NCBI GenBank assembly: GCA_044220955.1
Contig: JBGAQA010000052.1
Location: 1 to 46,266 of the forward strand
DNA from: Sandaracinaceae bacterium
Lineage (GTDB): Bacteria; Myxococcota_A; Polyangia; Polyangiales; Sandaracinaceae
DNA: 46,266 bases
Direction: 5' to 3'
Below the pieces are notes generated by a model, which was not told the origin of the DNA, made no database searches, and was given only the letters and a program-made list of their open reading frames with translations. A program made the translations under genes and the position numbers. Shown in pieces: positions 18,158-26,433 of the stretch; within the stretch, counting starts at the first letter, position 1, and every line of letters begins with the position of its first letter.

Positions 18158-18838
18158 ATGGGTCTGTTCGGTCCCTCGCGGCAGGAGCGACAGGCGGCGG
18201 CCGCCGCGTCCGTCGCGCCGTACGGCTTCTCGCTCGTCGCGCCCGAAGAGGAGCGGCTGAAGCTGCAGCTCGCGCCCTTCGTGCTGCACTCGACCCCGAG
18301 CCGCTGCCGGGCGACCGCGTTCGGCCGGATCGACGCCGCCGAGGTCTGGGCCTTCGACTACGACTACACGGGGCGCGACTCCGAGGGGAACCCGACGACG
18401 CGCTCGCAGCTGCTGATCGCGCTCCACCACCCAGGGATCGCGGGCGGCGCGTCCTTCGCGCCCGACGCGAGGGCGTGGGGCGGCGTCGGCGCGGCGATCG
18501 ACCTGCTCCTCTGGGTGCCCCCGTTCACGTTCGTGAAGGCGTTCCAGCTACTGAACGAGGCGCGAAACCCGGACCGCGTCGTCGGCGATCCTCGCTTCGA
18601 CGAGCTCTACGTCGTGCGCGCGGCCGACGACGCCACCGCGCAGCGCGCGATCCCGCCGAGGCTCCGCGAGACGGCGGTGCGGCTCGGCCTCCGCGGCGCC
18701 GTCGAGCTGCGCGAGAACCTCGTCCTCTACTCGGTCGAGCGATGCAGCTTCGACGGCACCGGGCTGCTCACGGCGCTTCGGTACGCGGCGCCGCTCGCGC
18801 TCGCCGCGATGAGCGACTCGGGCCAGGCGTATCGGTGA
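18158..18838 (+). CDS. hypothetical protein
   Basis: 226-aa ORF with high GC3; contains GDPRFDELYVVRA; no confident family. Confidence 0.7.
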   Translation: MGLFGPSRQERQAAAAASVAPYGFSLVAPEEERLKLQLAPFVLHSTPSRCRATAFGRIDAAEVWAFDYDYTGRDSEGNPTTRSQLLIALHHPGIAGGASFAPDARAWGGVGAAIDLLLWVPPFTFVKAFQLLNEARNPDRVVGDPRFDELYVVRAADDATAQRAIPPRLRETAVRLGLRGAVELRENLVLYSVERCSFDGTGLLTALRYAAPLALAAMSDSGQAYR

Positions 18839-18901
18839 CGACCGGCCGACCCGAGATCGCCGCGAGACGCGCGGCGCGCGTCGGTGAGCGCGCGTGGAAG
18901 C

Positions 18902-18988
18902 GATCCGCGTCTACCGGGTCGCGGATCTCGACATCGGATCGGCCGGAGGTCCGAGCGCGTTCGCGGAGATGCACGGAGAGTCGCGCGG
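18902..18988 (+). repeat. 87-bp dispersed intergenic repeat, copy 1
   Basis: Aligns without gaps to the reverse complement of 38974-39060; 41-nt core CGCGGATCTCGACATCGGATCGGCCGGA(G/T)GTCCGAGCGCGT has one mismatch. Confidence 0.85.
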
Positions 18989-19073
18989 CCCGCGTCTCCG
19001 GGTGATCTTGCCGATCTGAGTGTGACCCCGCGGAACGTGGCGCACGCCGGGTCGCCTCCAGTGGGTCGCGGGG

Positions 19074-19655
19074 TCAGAAGGGCTCCTCGGCTCCGACGAC
19101 GCGGGCGCACCGCCGCGCCAGGTGCCGCGCCGCAGACGCAACCCGCTCGCCCATCTCCGGCGTCGCGACCCGAAACCTCTGTGTGGCCGACCGCTCGGCA
19201 TCTCCGAGGCTGTCGCCGGAGATCGAGACCGCGAGGAACGGTCGGTCCGCGCGCGGCCGCCCCCGTAGCGCGACGATCGTCGGGCTGGGGGTGACGACCG
19301 TCGCCGCCACGTCCCAGGGCCCGACCGTCACTCGGTCGGGATCGACGTCACCCCAGTGCCAGCGACGCCGATGTGTCACGTCCACGTCGGCCCCGGAGGG
19401 CGAGTGACTCAGCTCGGCCACGGTGACCACGCACCCGTCGGCCGAGGGGGCGTAGTCGAGCACCGACCAGACGTAGTGCGTGCTCGATACGCCTGGCGTG
19501 AGGAAGTCGTACCGCGGCTGCGCAAGTAGCTGCTCGCGCAGCCACGCGTTCGATGCTGCGACCGTCGGCCCATCGTCCTGTGCACGTCCGGCTGCGGCGG
19601 CGAACGAGGCGAACGCCAGGAGCACAGCCATGAGCGCGCGCGTGCGCGTGTTCAT
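19074..19655 (-). CDS. secreted hypothetical protein
   Basis: 193 aa; Sec signal MNTRTRALMAVLLAFASFAAAAGRA-Q. Confidence 0.7.
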   Translation of the reverse strand: MNTRTRALMAVLLAFASFAAAAGRAQDDGPTVAASNAWLREQLLAQPRYDFLTPGVSSTHYVWSVLDYAPSADGCVVTVAELSHSPSGADVDVTHRRRWHWGDVDPDRVTVGPWDVAATVVTPSPTIVALRGRPRADRPFLAVSISGDSLGDAERSATQRFRVATPEMGERVASAARHLARRCARVVGAEEPF

Positions 19656-19782
19656 CCGATTTCGTTATCACAGGGACCGACGGGAACGGTGGGGAGAGCG
19701 TGCGCGTGTCGCGCGGCTTGATCGGCGTCATCCCTTCGCGCAGCACGACCCAGTGCGTCGCGAGCTGGGCTCTCCACGCGGC

Positions 19783-19941
19783 GCGCGCTTCGCCGAGATC
19801 AGCACCATCGACGCGTTCGACTTCGAGTTCGACCCCGTGCGCAGGAAGCTCAAGGCGCGCTACCTCGCCCTCGCCGCGCGGGCCAAGCTCGCCTTCCAGG
19901 TCATCTCCGACAGCTACGAGAGGCGGCACTCGACCTGGATC
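19783..19941 (+). pseudogene. istB: IS21-family IstB helper ATPase relic with internal deletion
   Basis: ARFAEISTIDAFDFEFDP...KARYLAL (IstB pre-Walker-A segment) joined in frame to AKLAFQVISDSYERRHSTWI (IstB post-Walker-B segment); Walker motifs, start context and istA absent. Confidence 0.6.
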
Positions 19942-20062
19942 GCGCCGGCTCGGCGCCGGGCTTAGATCCTCCGCCGGCTCGGGCTACGTGTTTCGCGAGG
20001 CGCGATAGCTCTTCTCCAGCGCGAAGCGCCCGTGCGGGCGCGCGCCGGCACTTCGGCTTGCA

Positions 20063-22372
20063 TCACCCGCCGTTCGGATCCGGGATGCGCGGCGGCACGA
20101 GGAAGTAGATCACGCGGTGGTCGAGCGGCGTGAAGCCGTCGCCCACGACGTTGATCTGCGCCCGGAAGAGCTGGGGCACGAGCGTCGGCATGACGACGTC
20201 GTTCTGCTTCGGGATCACGTCGAAGCACACCGGCGAGCCGGGCGTGACGCGCTGGAACGTGTCGGGGTAGGTGTCCCCGTCGATGCCGGCGCGGTCGGTG
20301 ACCATGAAGCCCGAGGTGCAGGTGTGACCCGCGGCGGGGCCCGGGTTCGTCTCGAGGTGGTCGAGGAACGACGCGACCGCGTCGATGGTCTCGCCCGCGT
20401 CCACGAGGTCCACCGCGCTCGCGCTCACGTCGAGCGGCACCTGCGAGGCGCGCTGCACGAGCGTGACGATCGAGCTCGTCAGTCCCGAGCCACCAGGGGC
20501 GCGGATCAGATAGTCGCCCGCCGTGCCGGGAGCACCCCGGGCGATGGTCGTGTCGCTGATGAGGCGCGTCATGAACGTCGTCGACGACCCGGTGTCGATG
20601 CCGACGACCCGCGCGTTGAGCGTCGCGAGCGAGGCGGTGACGGTCGCATAGGCCGGCGCCGAGACGCCCGAGTAGTTACACCCACACGTCGGCGAGTTGT
20701 GCTGGTCGACGTCGCTCATGATGATGATGATCGGCACGGCGTCGGGGCGGAAGCACGCCGCGCCCCGGTAGCCGGCGGCGCACGCCGGGGGTGTCGTCGT
20801 GACCGTGGTCCCCGTCGCGTAGCGCACGTAGCCGCCGAGCGTGTCGCGCGACGCCAGGGCATAGAGCGCCGCGAGGCCCGACTCGGGGACGTCGTTGCCG
20901 TTGTTGACGCGGTAGCGCCCCACGGCGGCGGACGCCGTCGCGGTGCTCATCGTCATGATCGAGTACTGGAAGAACGCCTGGTCGTGGATGATGCCGACGG
21001 CGTCGGTGCTGTAGCTCCCGACGCCATAGCCGCCAGCCGGGTAGTCGTCGAAGCCGCCGACGCCGAACCACGCCTCGGGGATGCCGCAGCGGATCGCGCC
21101 GATGACCCCGCCCGGACAGCCCGCGACGAGCGTGCCCGTGGTGAGGCCCGACTGCAGAGCCGCGACCGTCCCGCCCATCGAGCCCGTGTTGTCCATCAGG
21201 AAGTACACGTCCGCGCGCTGCAGCGTCGTCGAGAACTGCAGGGTGTCGCGCACCGGCGAGGGCGGCATCATGTACGGGACGACGAACACGAAGTCGCCTC
21301 GCGCGCGCGGGTTGTCGGAGGCGAGCAGCGGGTCCGTGCCCGCGCCGACCTCGACGAGGTCGGTCACGCCGTCGCTGTCGGTGTCCGCGAGGATCGGGCT
21401 CGTGCCGGCGGTGCGCTCCGCGGAGTCCGAGAGGCCGTCGGCGTCCGAGTCGGGATCGCGGAAGTCGGCGATGCTGTCGCCGTCCGTGTCGATCGGCGGC
21501 GTGTGCACGTCCGCGTCGCCGGCCTCGACGCCGTCCGTCCAGCCATCGCCGTCGGAGTCGAGGTCGACCATGTCGACGAGCGTGTCGGCGTCGGTGTCGA
21601 TCACGTCCTCGTCGAAGTCGCTGATCGTGTCGGCGTCGGAGTCGTACTGGTCGTAGTTCGGCGTGCCGTTGCCGTCGGTGTCCGGCGGCGAGGTCGGGCG
21701 GCCTTCGATCTCGGTCAGATCACGGACGCCGTCGTCGTCGTTGTCGAAGTCGCGGAAGTCGGGGCGACCGTCGGTGTCGGTGTCGGCCGCGCCCTCGATC
21801 ATGTCGCGGATGCCGTTCTCGTCGCTGTCGACGTCGTGATAGTCGGGCGTTCCGTCACCGTCGGTGTCGATCGGCGGCGTGCGCACGTCCATGTCGCCGG
21901 CCTCGACCGAGTCCGGGATGCCGTCGAGGTCGGACTCGGTGTCGAGGTAGTCGGGCGTGCCGTCGCCGTCGGTATCGTCGAGCGTCGCGCGGCCCTCGTG
22001 GAAGTCGGAGATGCCGTCCCCGTCCGAGTCGTCCGTCGTGCCGAAGCCGCTCGCGTCCATGTCCATCAGGATCGGCCCGGTGTCGCCGCCCATGGGCATG
22101 CCGACGTCGTTCAGGCTCGTGTCGACGAGCCCGCCCGCGTCGCCCGAGCCACCGGTGCCCGTGTCCGTGCCGCCACCGGTCCCCGCGTCGCCGCCGCCCC
22201 CGTCGCGTACGGTCACGCAGACGTTGTCGATGCACATCCGGCCGCCGGTGCAGTCCGCCGAGCTGGTGCACGGCGCGCCGGTCGATGGCTGCGTCGCGCA
22301 GGCCGGGAGGAACACCCCGGAGATCGCGACGGCAGAGAAGAGCCCGAGAGCGCGAGCAGTCGCATTCGTCAT
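20063..22372 (-). CDS. CglD-like lipoprotein adhesin: Cys-rich N-terminus, thrombospondin type-3 Ca-binding repeats, beta-integrin-like VWA domain
   Basis: ATG 22372 after GGAGG; lipobox LPAC; CTSSADCTGGRMCIDNVC; many DTDGDGTPDYLDxDSD repeats; ADVYFLMDNTGSM (MIDAS-like), GVGGFDDYP, GNDVPESG. Confidence 0.85.
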   Translation of the reverse strand: MTNATARALGLFSAVAISGVFLPACATQPSTGAPCTSSADCTGGRMCIDNVCVTVRDGGGGDAGTGGGTDTGTGGSGDAGGLVDTSLNDVGMPMGGDTGPILMDMDASGFGTTDDSDGDGISDFHEGRATLDDTDGDGTPDYLDTESDLDGIPDSVEAGDMDVRTPPIDTDGDGTPDYHDVDSDENGIRDMIEGAADTDTDGRPDFRDFDNDDDGVRDLTEIEGRPTSPPDTDGNGTPNYDQYDSDADTISDFDEDVIDTDADTLVDMVDLDSDGDGWTDGVEAGDADVHTPPIDTDGDSIADFRDPDSDADGLSDSAERTAGTSPILADTDSDGVTDLVEVGAGTDPLLASDNPRARGDFVFVVPYMMPPSPVRDTLQFSTTLQRADVYFLMDNTGSMGGTVAALQSGLTTGTLVAGCPGGVIGAIRCGIPEAWFGVGGFDDYPAGGYGVGSYSTDAVGIIHDQAFFQYSIMTMSTATASAAVGRYRVNNGNDVPESGLAALYALASRDTLGGYVRYATGTTVTTTPPACAAGYRGAACFRPDAVPIIIIMSDVDQHNSPTCGCNYSGVSAPAYATVTASLATLNARVVGIDTGSSTTFMTRLISDTTIARGAPGTAGDYLIRAPGGSGLTSSIVTLVQRASQVPLDVSASAVDLVDAGETIDAVASFLDHLETNPGPAAGHTCTSGFMVTDRAGIDGDTYPDTFQRVTPGSPVCFDVIPKQNDVVMPTLVPQLFRAQINVVGDGFTPLDHRVIYFLVPPRIPDPNGG

Positions 22373-22476
22373 CGAAACCTCCAACGGACGAGCTGGTGAC
22401 AACGGTAACAGAGCGTCCGACGCGCCGAAACGGTGTCGTGGATCTGTGCGGCAGGGTGCGCGGATATGCTCCGGCC

Positions 22477-23295
22477 ATGAACGAGACGCGATCGTGGGTC
22501 CGGCGCGCGCGGGACGAGCCACTCGTGGGGTTCGCGCTGGTCGGCGTGCTGCTCTTCGTCGCAGAGCACGCGCGGCGCGCGCCGCAGGATCCCGCACGCC
22601 GGATCGAGATCGACGCAGCCTTCGTCGAGGGGCTGCAGACCGACGCGGCCCGGCGGACGGGACACCCGCCGGACGCAGAGGAGACGGATGCGCTCGTCCG
22701 AGCGTGGGCTCGCGAGGAGGCGCTGTACCGCGAGGCGCGCGCGCTCGAGCTCGACGTCGGCGACGACATCGTGCGGCGGCGACTGGTGCAGAAGATCGAG
22801 CTGCTGCTCGCGGCCGAGGCCGCGCCCGACGAGCCCGGAGACGACGCCCTGGCGGGCTACCTCGCGACGCACGGGGAGACGTTCGCGGCGCCGGACCGGA
22901 CGAGCATCACGCTCTGCTTCTTCGCACGCGAGCTGCACGAGGACGCGAGCGCAGCGGCGGCGGAGGCGCTCGCCGCCGGGGTGACGTCGCCCTGCGATCC
23001 CTACCTGCTCGGCAGCACGTTCCGAGAGCGGACGGGCGCACAGCTGCGCGCCGTCGTGGGCGAAGAGGCGGCCGCGTGGGCCGCGAGCGCGGCGATCGGT
23101 GCGTGGGGTGGGCCCTTCGAGAGCGCGCGGGGGCTCTACCTGGTGCGGGTGGACGCGCGCGCGCCCGGAGGGCCGCGTCCGCTCGCGGAGGTGCGAGACG
23201 ACGTGCGCGACGCCGTCCTCGAGGAGGCGCGGGACGCCGCCGTGCGCGCGCGCGAGGACGAGATCGTCGCGCGCTACGAGGTCGTCGGGCCATGA
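22477..23295 (+). CDS. membrane-anchored parvulin-like (Rotamase_2/SurA-like) protein
   Basis: N-terminal EPLVGFALVGVLLF anchor; REEALYREARALELDVGDDIVRRRLVQK; WGGPFESARGLYLV. Confidence 0.85.
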   Translation: MNETRSWVRRARDEPLVGFALVGVLLFVAEHARRAPQDPARRIEIDAAFVEGLQTDAARRTGHPPDAEETDALVRAWAREEALYREARALELDVGDDIVRRRLVQKIELLLAAEAAPDEPGDDALAGYLATHGETFAAPDRTSITLCFFARELHEDASAAAAEALAAGVTSPCDPYLLGSTFRERTGAQLRAVVGEEAAAWAASAAIGAWGGPFESARGLYLVRVDARAPGGPRPLAEVRDDVRDAVLEEARDAAVRAREDEIVARYEVVGP

Positions 23296-24263
23296 GGCTC
23301 GCGCTCCCGCTGCTGGCGATCGCCGGCGTCGCGCTCGCCAGCGTGCTGGCCCTCCCCGGCGACGCGCGCGCGCACCCGCTCGGCTTCGCGGTCGTCTCGA
23401 TCCGGGAGACGACGCCCGGCCACGCCGACGTGCTCGTGCGGGTGTCCGGGACAGAGAGCGATCCGGGGCGAATCGGGCTGCGCTGGCCCGAGGACTGCGC
23501 CGAGAGCGTGCTGCGCGACGCGATGCGCGACGAGGTGCGCGAGCGGCGATCGCGGCTCACGTGCAGCGCAGGCCTGGCGGGGGCGACGCTCGGGGTCGAG
23601 GGGCCGGCGCGCGGCCTCGAGGTCCTGGTGGACACGCGGCTGTCCGGCCGGGCGCCCTCGCGTCGTGCCGTGCGCGCGCTCCCCGCCGAGGTCGCCCTCG
23701 GGCGCGCGGGAGAGACGGAGGAGATCGTGTCCGCGCACGTACGCCTGGGGGCGCAGCACTTCGCGCTCGGGATCGATCACGTGCTCTTCGTGCTCGGAGC
23801 GTTCTTGCTCGCGCGGCGGCGCGGAGCGCGCGCCGTCGCCGTCGCCGTGACCGCCTTCACGCTGGGCCACGCGCTCACGCTGGCCGCGGCGACGCTCGGC
23901 GGCGCGACCCTTCCCTCGCGCCCCGTCGAGGCGTGCATCGCCCTCTCGCTGGTGCACGTGGCGCGCGAGGTCCGGGTGGAGCGCGACACGCTCACGCGGC
24001 GCGCGCCCGCGCTCGCGTGCCTGCTCTTCGGCCTCGTGCACGGGGCCGGGCTCGCAGGCGCGATGGCCGACGCGGGCCTCGCCGGGCCCGACCTGGGGCT
24101 CGCCGTCCTCTCGTTCAACGTCGGCCTCGAGCTCGCCGAGCTGGCGCTCGTGCTCGCGCTCTTCGCGCTCGTCCGGGGGGTGCTGGCCGCGCCGGCCGAG
24201 CGCATCCTGCCGTGGATGGTCGGCGGCGTGGGCGCGTGGCTCTTGCTCGGTCGGCTGCTCTGA
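23292..24263 (+). CDS. HupE/UreJ family membrane protein with periplasmic N-terminal domain
   Basis: ATGA overlap; signal ending ARAHP; LGAQHFALGIDHVLFV, AFTLGHALTL, VEACIALS, FGLVHGAGLA, SFNVGLELA. Confidence 0.9.
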   Translation: MRLALPLLAIAGVALASVLALPGDARAHPLGFAVVSIRETTPGHADVLVRVSGTESDPGRIGLRWPEDCAESVLRDAMRDEVRERRSRLTCSAGLAGATLGVEGPARGLEVLVDTRLSGRAPSRRAVRALPAEVALGRAGETEEIVSAHVRLGAQHFALGIDHVLFVLGAFLLARRRGARAVAVAVTAFTLGHALTLAAATLGGATLPSRPVEACIALSLVHVAREVRVERDTLTRRAPALACLLFGLVHGAGLAGAMADAGLAGPDLGLAVLSFNVGLELAELALVLALFALVRGVLAAPAERILPWMVGGVGAWLLLGRLL

Positions 24264-24277
24264 GGGAGAGCGTCGGT

Positions 24278-25057
24278 ATGATCCGCCTCTACGACAACGG
24301 GCTCAGTCCCTTCGCACGCAAGGTGCGCATCGTGCTCGAGCACAAGCGGCTGGCCTACGAGGCCGTCGACGGGCTCCTGCTCGCGAACCGGGCGCGGCTC
24401 GAGGAGGTCAACGGCCGCGTGGAGGTCCCGGCGATCGATCACGGCGGCACCGTGGTGGTCGGCTCGTCGGACATCGTGGCGTACCTCGAGCGGATCGCGC
24501 GGGAGCCCTCGGTGTACCCGCACGACGACGCCGCCTGGGTGCGCGCGCGCGCGTGGGAGCGCTGCGCCGACACGGTGATCGATCCCATCCTGATCAACCT
24601 CTCGTACTGGAGCTGGGCCGAGCGGACGGACACGCTCCCGGACGCGTGGGTGGCGGCGGCGAAGGCGGATCTCGACGTGGTGTACGCCGCGCTCGAGCGT
24701 GACCTCGAGGGCAGGTCGTTCGTCTGCGGCACGCCCTCGATCGCCGACATCGCGCTGTTCCCGCACCTCACGGCGACGCGCGCGCTCGGCGTGGGCCACG
24801 ACCCGGAGCGCTACCCGCGCGTGCACGCGTGGCTCAAGCGACTGCGCGGGATGCCGGTCTTCGCGGCGGACCTCGAGCGGACGAAGGCGTTCATCGGGAC
24901 GTTCGTGACCAAGAACGATCACGAGAGGAAGAAGATCTTCTGGCGCGGCGACCGCCTCGAGTGGGTGCTCGCGCGCGGCTTCCACGCGTGGCTCGAGAAG
25001 GAGATCGCGGACGACCGCGTGATCTGGCCGGGCCTCGGCGTCCCGGGAGCGCGGTGA
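24278..25057 (+). CDS. glutathione S-transferase family protein
   Basis: MIRLYDNGLSPFARKVRIVLEHK, VNGRVEVPAI, SSDIVAYLE, SIADIALFP. Confidence 0.9.
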   Translation: MIRLYDNGLSPFARKVRIVLEHKRLAYEAVDGLLLANRARLEEVNGRVEVPAIDHGGTVVVGSSDIVAYLERIAREPSVYPHDDAAWVRARAWERCADTVIDPILINLSYWSWAERTDTLPDAWVAAAKADLDVVYAALERDLEGRSFVCGTPSIADIALFPHLTATRALGVGHDPERYPRVHAWLKRLRGMPVFAADLERTKAFIGTFVTKNDHERKKIFWRGDRLEWVLARGFHAWLEKEIADDRVIWPGLGVPGAR

Positions 25058-25572
25058 TGGCGCTCGCCCCTCGCTCTCTCGCGCTCTCTCTCGCTCTCGC
25101 CCTCCCCGCCTGCGGAGCCGCCTCCATGCGTCCTACCCACGCCGAGACCGAGGACCGCGCCGCCGTCGTCGCGGTCCTCGACGACTTCCACGACGCGGCC
25201 GCCTCGTCCGACGAGGCGCGCTACTTCGCCCACTTCACCGACGACGGCGTGTTCCTCGGCACCGACGCGACCGAGCGCTGGGACGTCACCGCGTTCCGCG
25301 CCTACGCGCACCCGCACTTCGAGGCCGGGCGCGGCTGGGTCATGCACGCCACGCGACGGGACGTCGTCGTGCGCGGCGACGTCGCGTGGTTCGACGAGGA
25401 TCTCGAGACGCGCAACCTCGGCCCGGCGCGCGGCAGCGGCGTGCTCGAGCGCGGGGCGGACGGCGCCTGGCGCGTAGCGCAGTACAACCTGACGATCACG
25501 ATCCCGAACGAGCGCTTCGCAGAGGTTCGGGCGCTGCTCGCGGCCCCGGCTCGTGATACGGAGGCGCCATGA
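25057..25572 (+). CDS. SnoaL/NTF2-like domain lipoprotein
   Basis: Lipobox LPAC; VLDDFHDAAA...YF...VFLGTDATERW...AWFDEDL...RGSGVL...WRVAQYNLTITIPN. Confidence 0.85.
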   Translation: MALAPRSLALSLALALPACGAASMRPTHAETEDRAAVVAVLDDFHDAAASSDEARYFAHFTDDGVFLGTDATERWDVTAFRAYAHPHFEAGRGWVMHATRRDVVVRGDVAWFDEDLETRNLGPARGSGVLERGADGAWRVAQYNLTITIPNERFAEVRALLAAPARDTEAP

Positions 25573-26429
25573 CGACGATCGGCAGCGTGCTGGTGGTGGG
25601 CTCGGGGACGATGGGCAACGGCATCGCGCAGGTCTGTGCGCAGTCCGGGCTCGCGGTGACGATGACCGACGTGTCGAGCGAGGTCGTGCAGAAGGGACGA
25701 GTGGCGATCGAGAAGAGCCTGGCCAAGCTCGTCGAGAAGTCCAAGCTCACCTCCGCCCAGCGCGACGCGACCCTCGCGCGGATCGCAGTCACCACCGACG
25801 TCGACGGGCCGGCCAGGACGGCGGACCTCGTGATCGAGGCGGTCCCGGAGCGCATGGACCTCAAGCTCGCGCTCTTCCGCACGCTTTCTGCGGCGGCCCC
25901 CGCGCACGCGATCCTCGCCACCAACACCTCGTCCCTCAGCGTCACCGAGATCGCGAGCGCCACGGGCGATCCGTCGCGCGTCGTCGGGATGCACTTCTTC
26001 AACCCCGTCCCGATCATGGAGCTGCTCGAGATCGTGCGCGGGATCGGGACGAGCGACGCCACCGTCGGACAGGCCCGCGCGTTCGCCGCAGCGATCGGCA
26101 AGAAGGAGATCGTCGTCAAGGACGTCGCCGGCTTCGCGACCAGCCGCCTGGGCGTGATCCTCGGCTGCGAGGCGATGCGCATGCTCGAGCAGGGGGTCGC
26201 GTCGGCGGCGGACATCGATCGCGCGATGGAGCTCGGCTACCGGCACCCGATGGGGCCGCTCAAGCTCACGGACCTGGTCGGCCTCGACGTGCGCCTGGCG
26301 ATCCTCGATCACCTGACGAAGGAGCTGGGCGAGCAGTTCAGGCCGCCCGCGCTGCTGCGGCAGATGGTCCGCGCCGGGCACCTCGGGCGCAAGACGGGCC
26401 GCGGCTTCTACGACTACGCCGAGAAGTGA
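25569..26429 (+). CDS. 3-hydroxybutyryl-CoA/3-hydroxyacyl-CoA dehydrogenase
   Basis: GSGTMGNGIA, IEAVPE, ATNTSSL, GMHFFNPVP, GYRHPMGPL, GRKTGRGFYDY. Confidence 0.95.
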   Translation: MTTIGSVLVVGSGTMGNGIAQVCAQSGLAVTMTDVSSEVVQKGRVAIEKSLAKLVEKSKLTSAQRDATLARIAVTTDVDGPARTADLVIEAVPERMDLKLALFRTLSAAAPAHAILATNTSSLSVTEIASATGDPSRVVGMHFFNPVPIMELLEIVRGIGTSDATVGQARAFAAAIGKKEIVVKDVAGFATSRLGVILGCEAMRMLEQGVASAADIDRAMELGYRHPMGPLKLTDLVGLDVRLAILDHLTKELGEQFRPPALLRQMVRAGHLGRKTGRGFYDYAEK

Positions 26430-26433
26430 GCGC

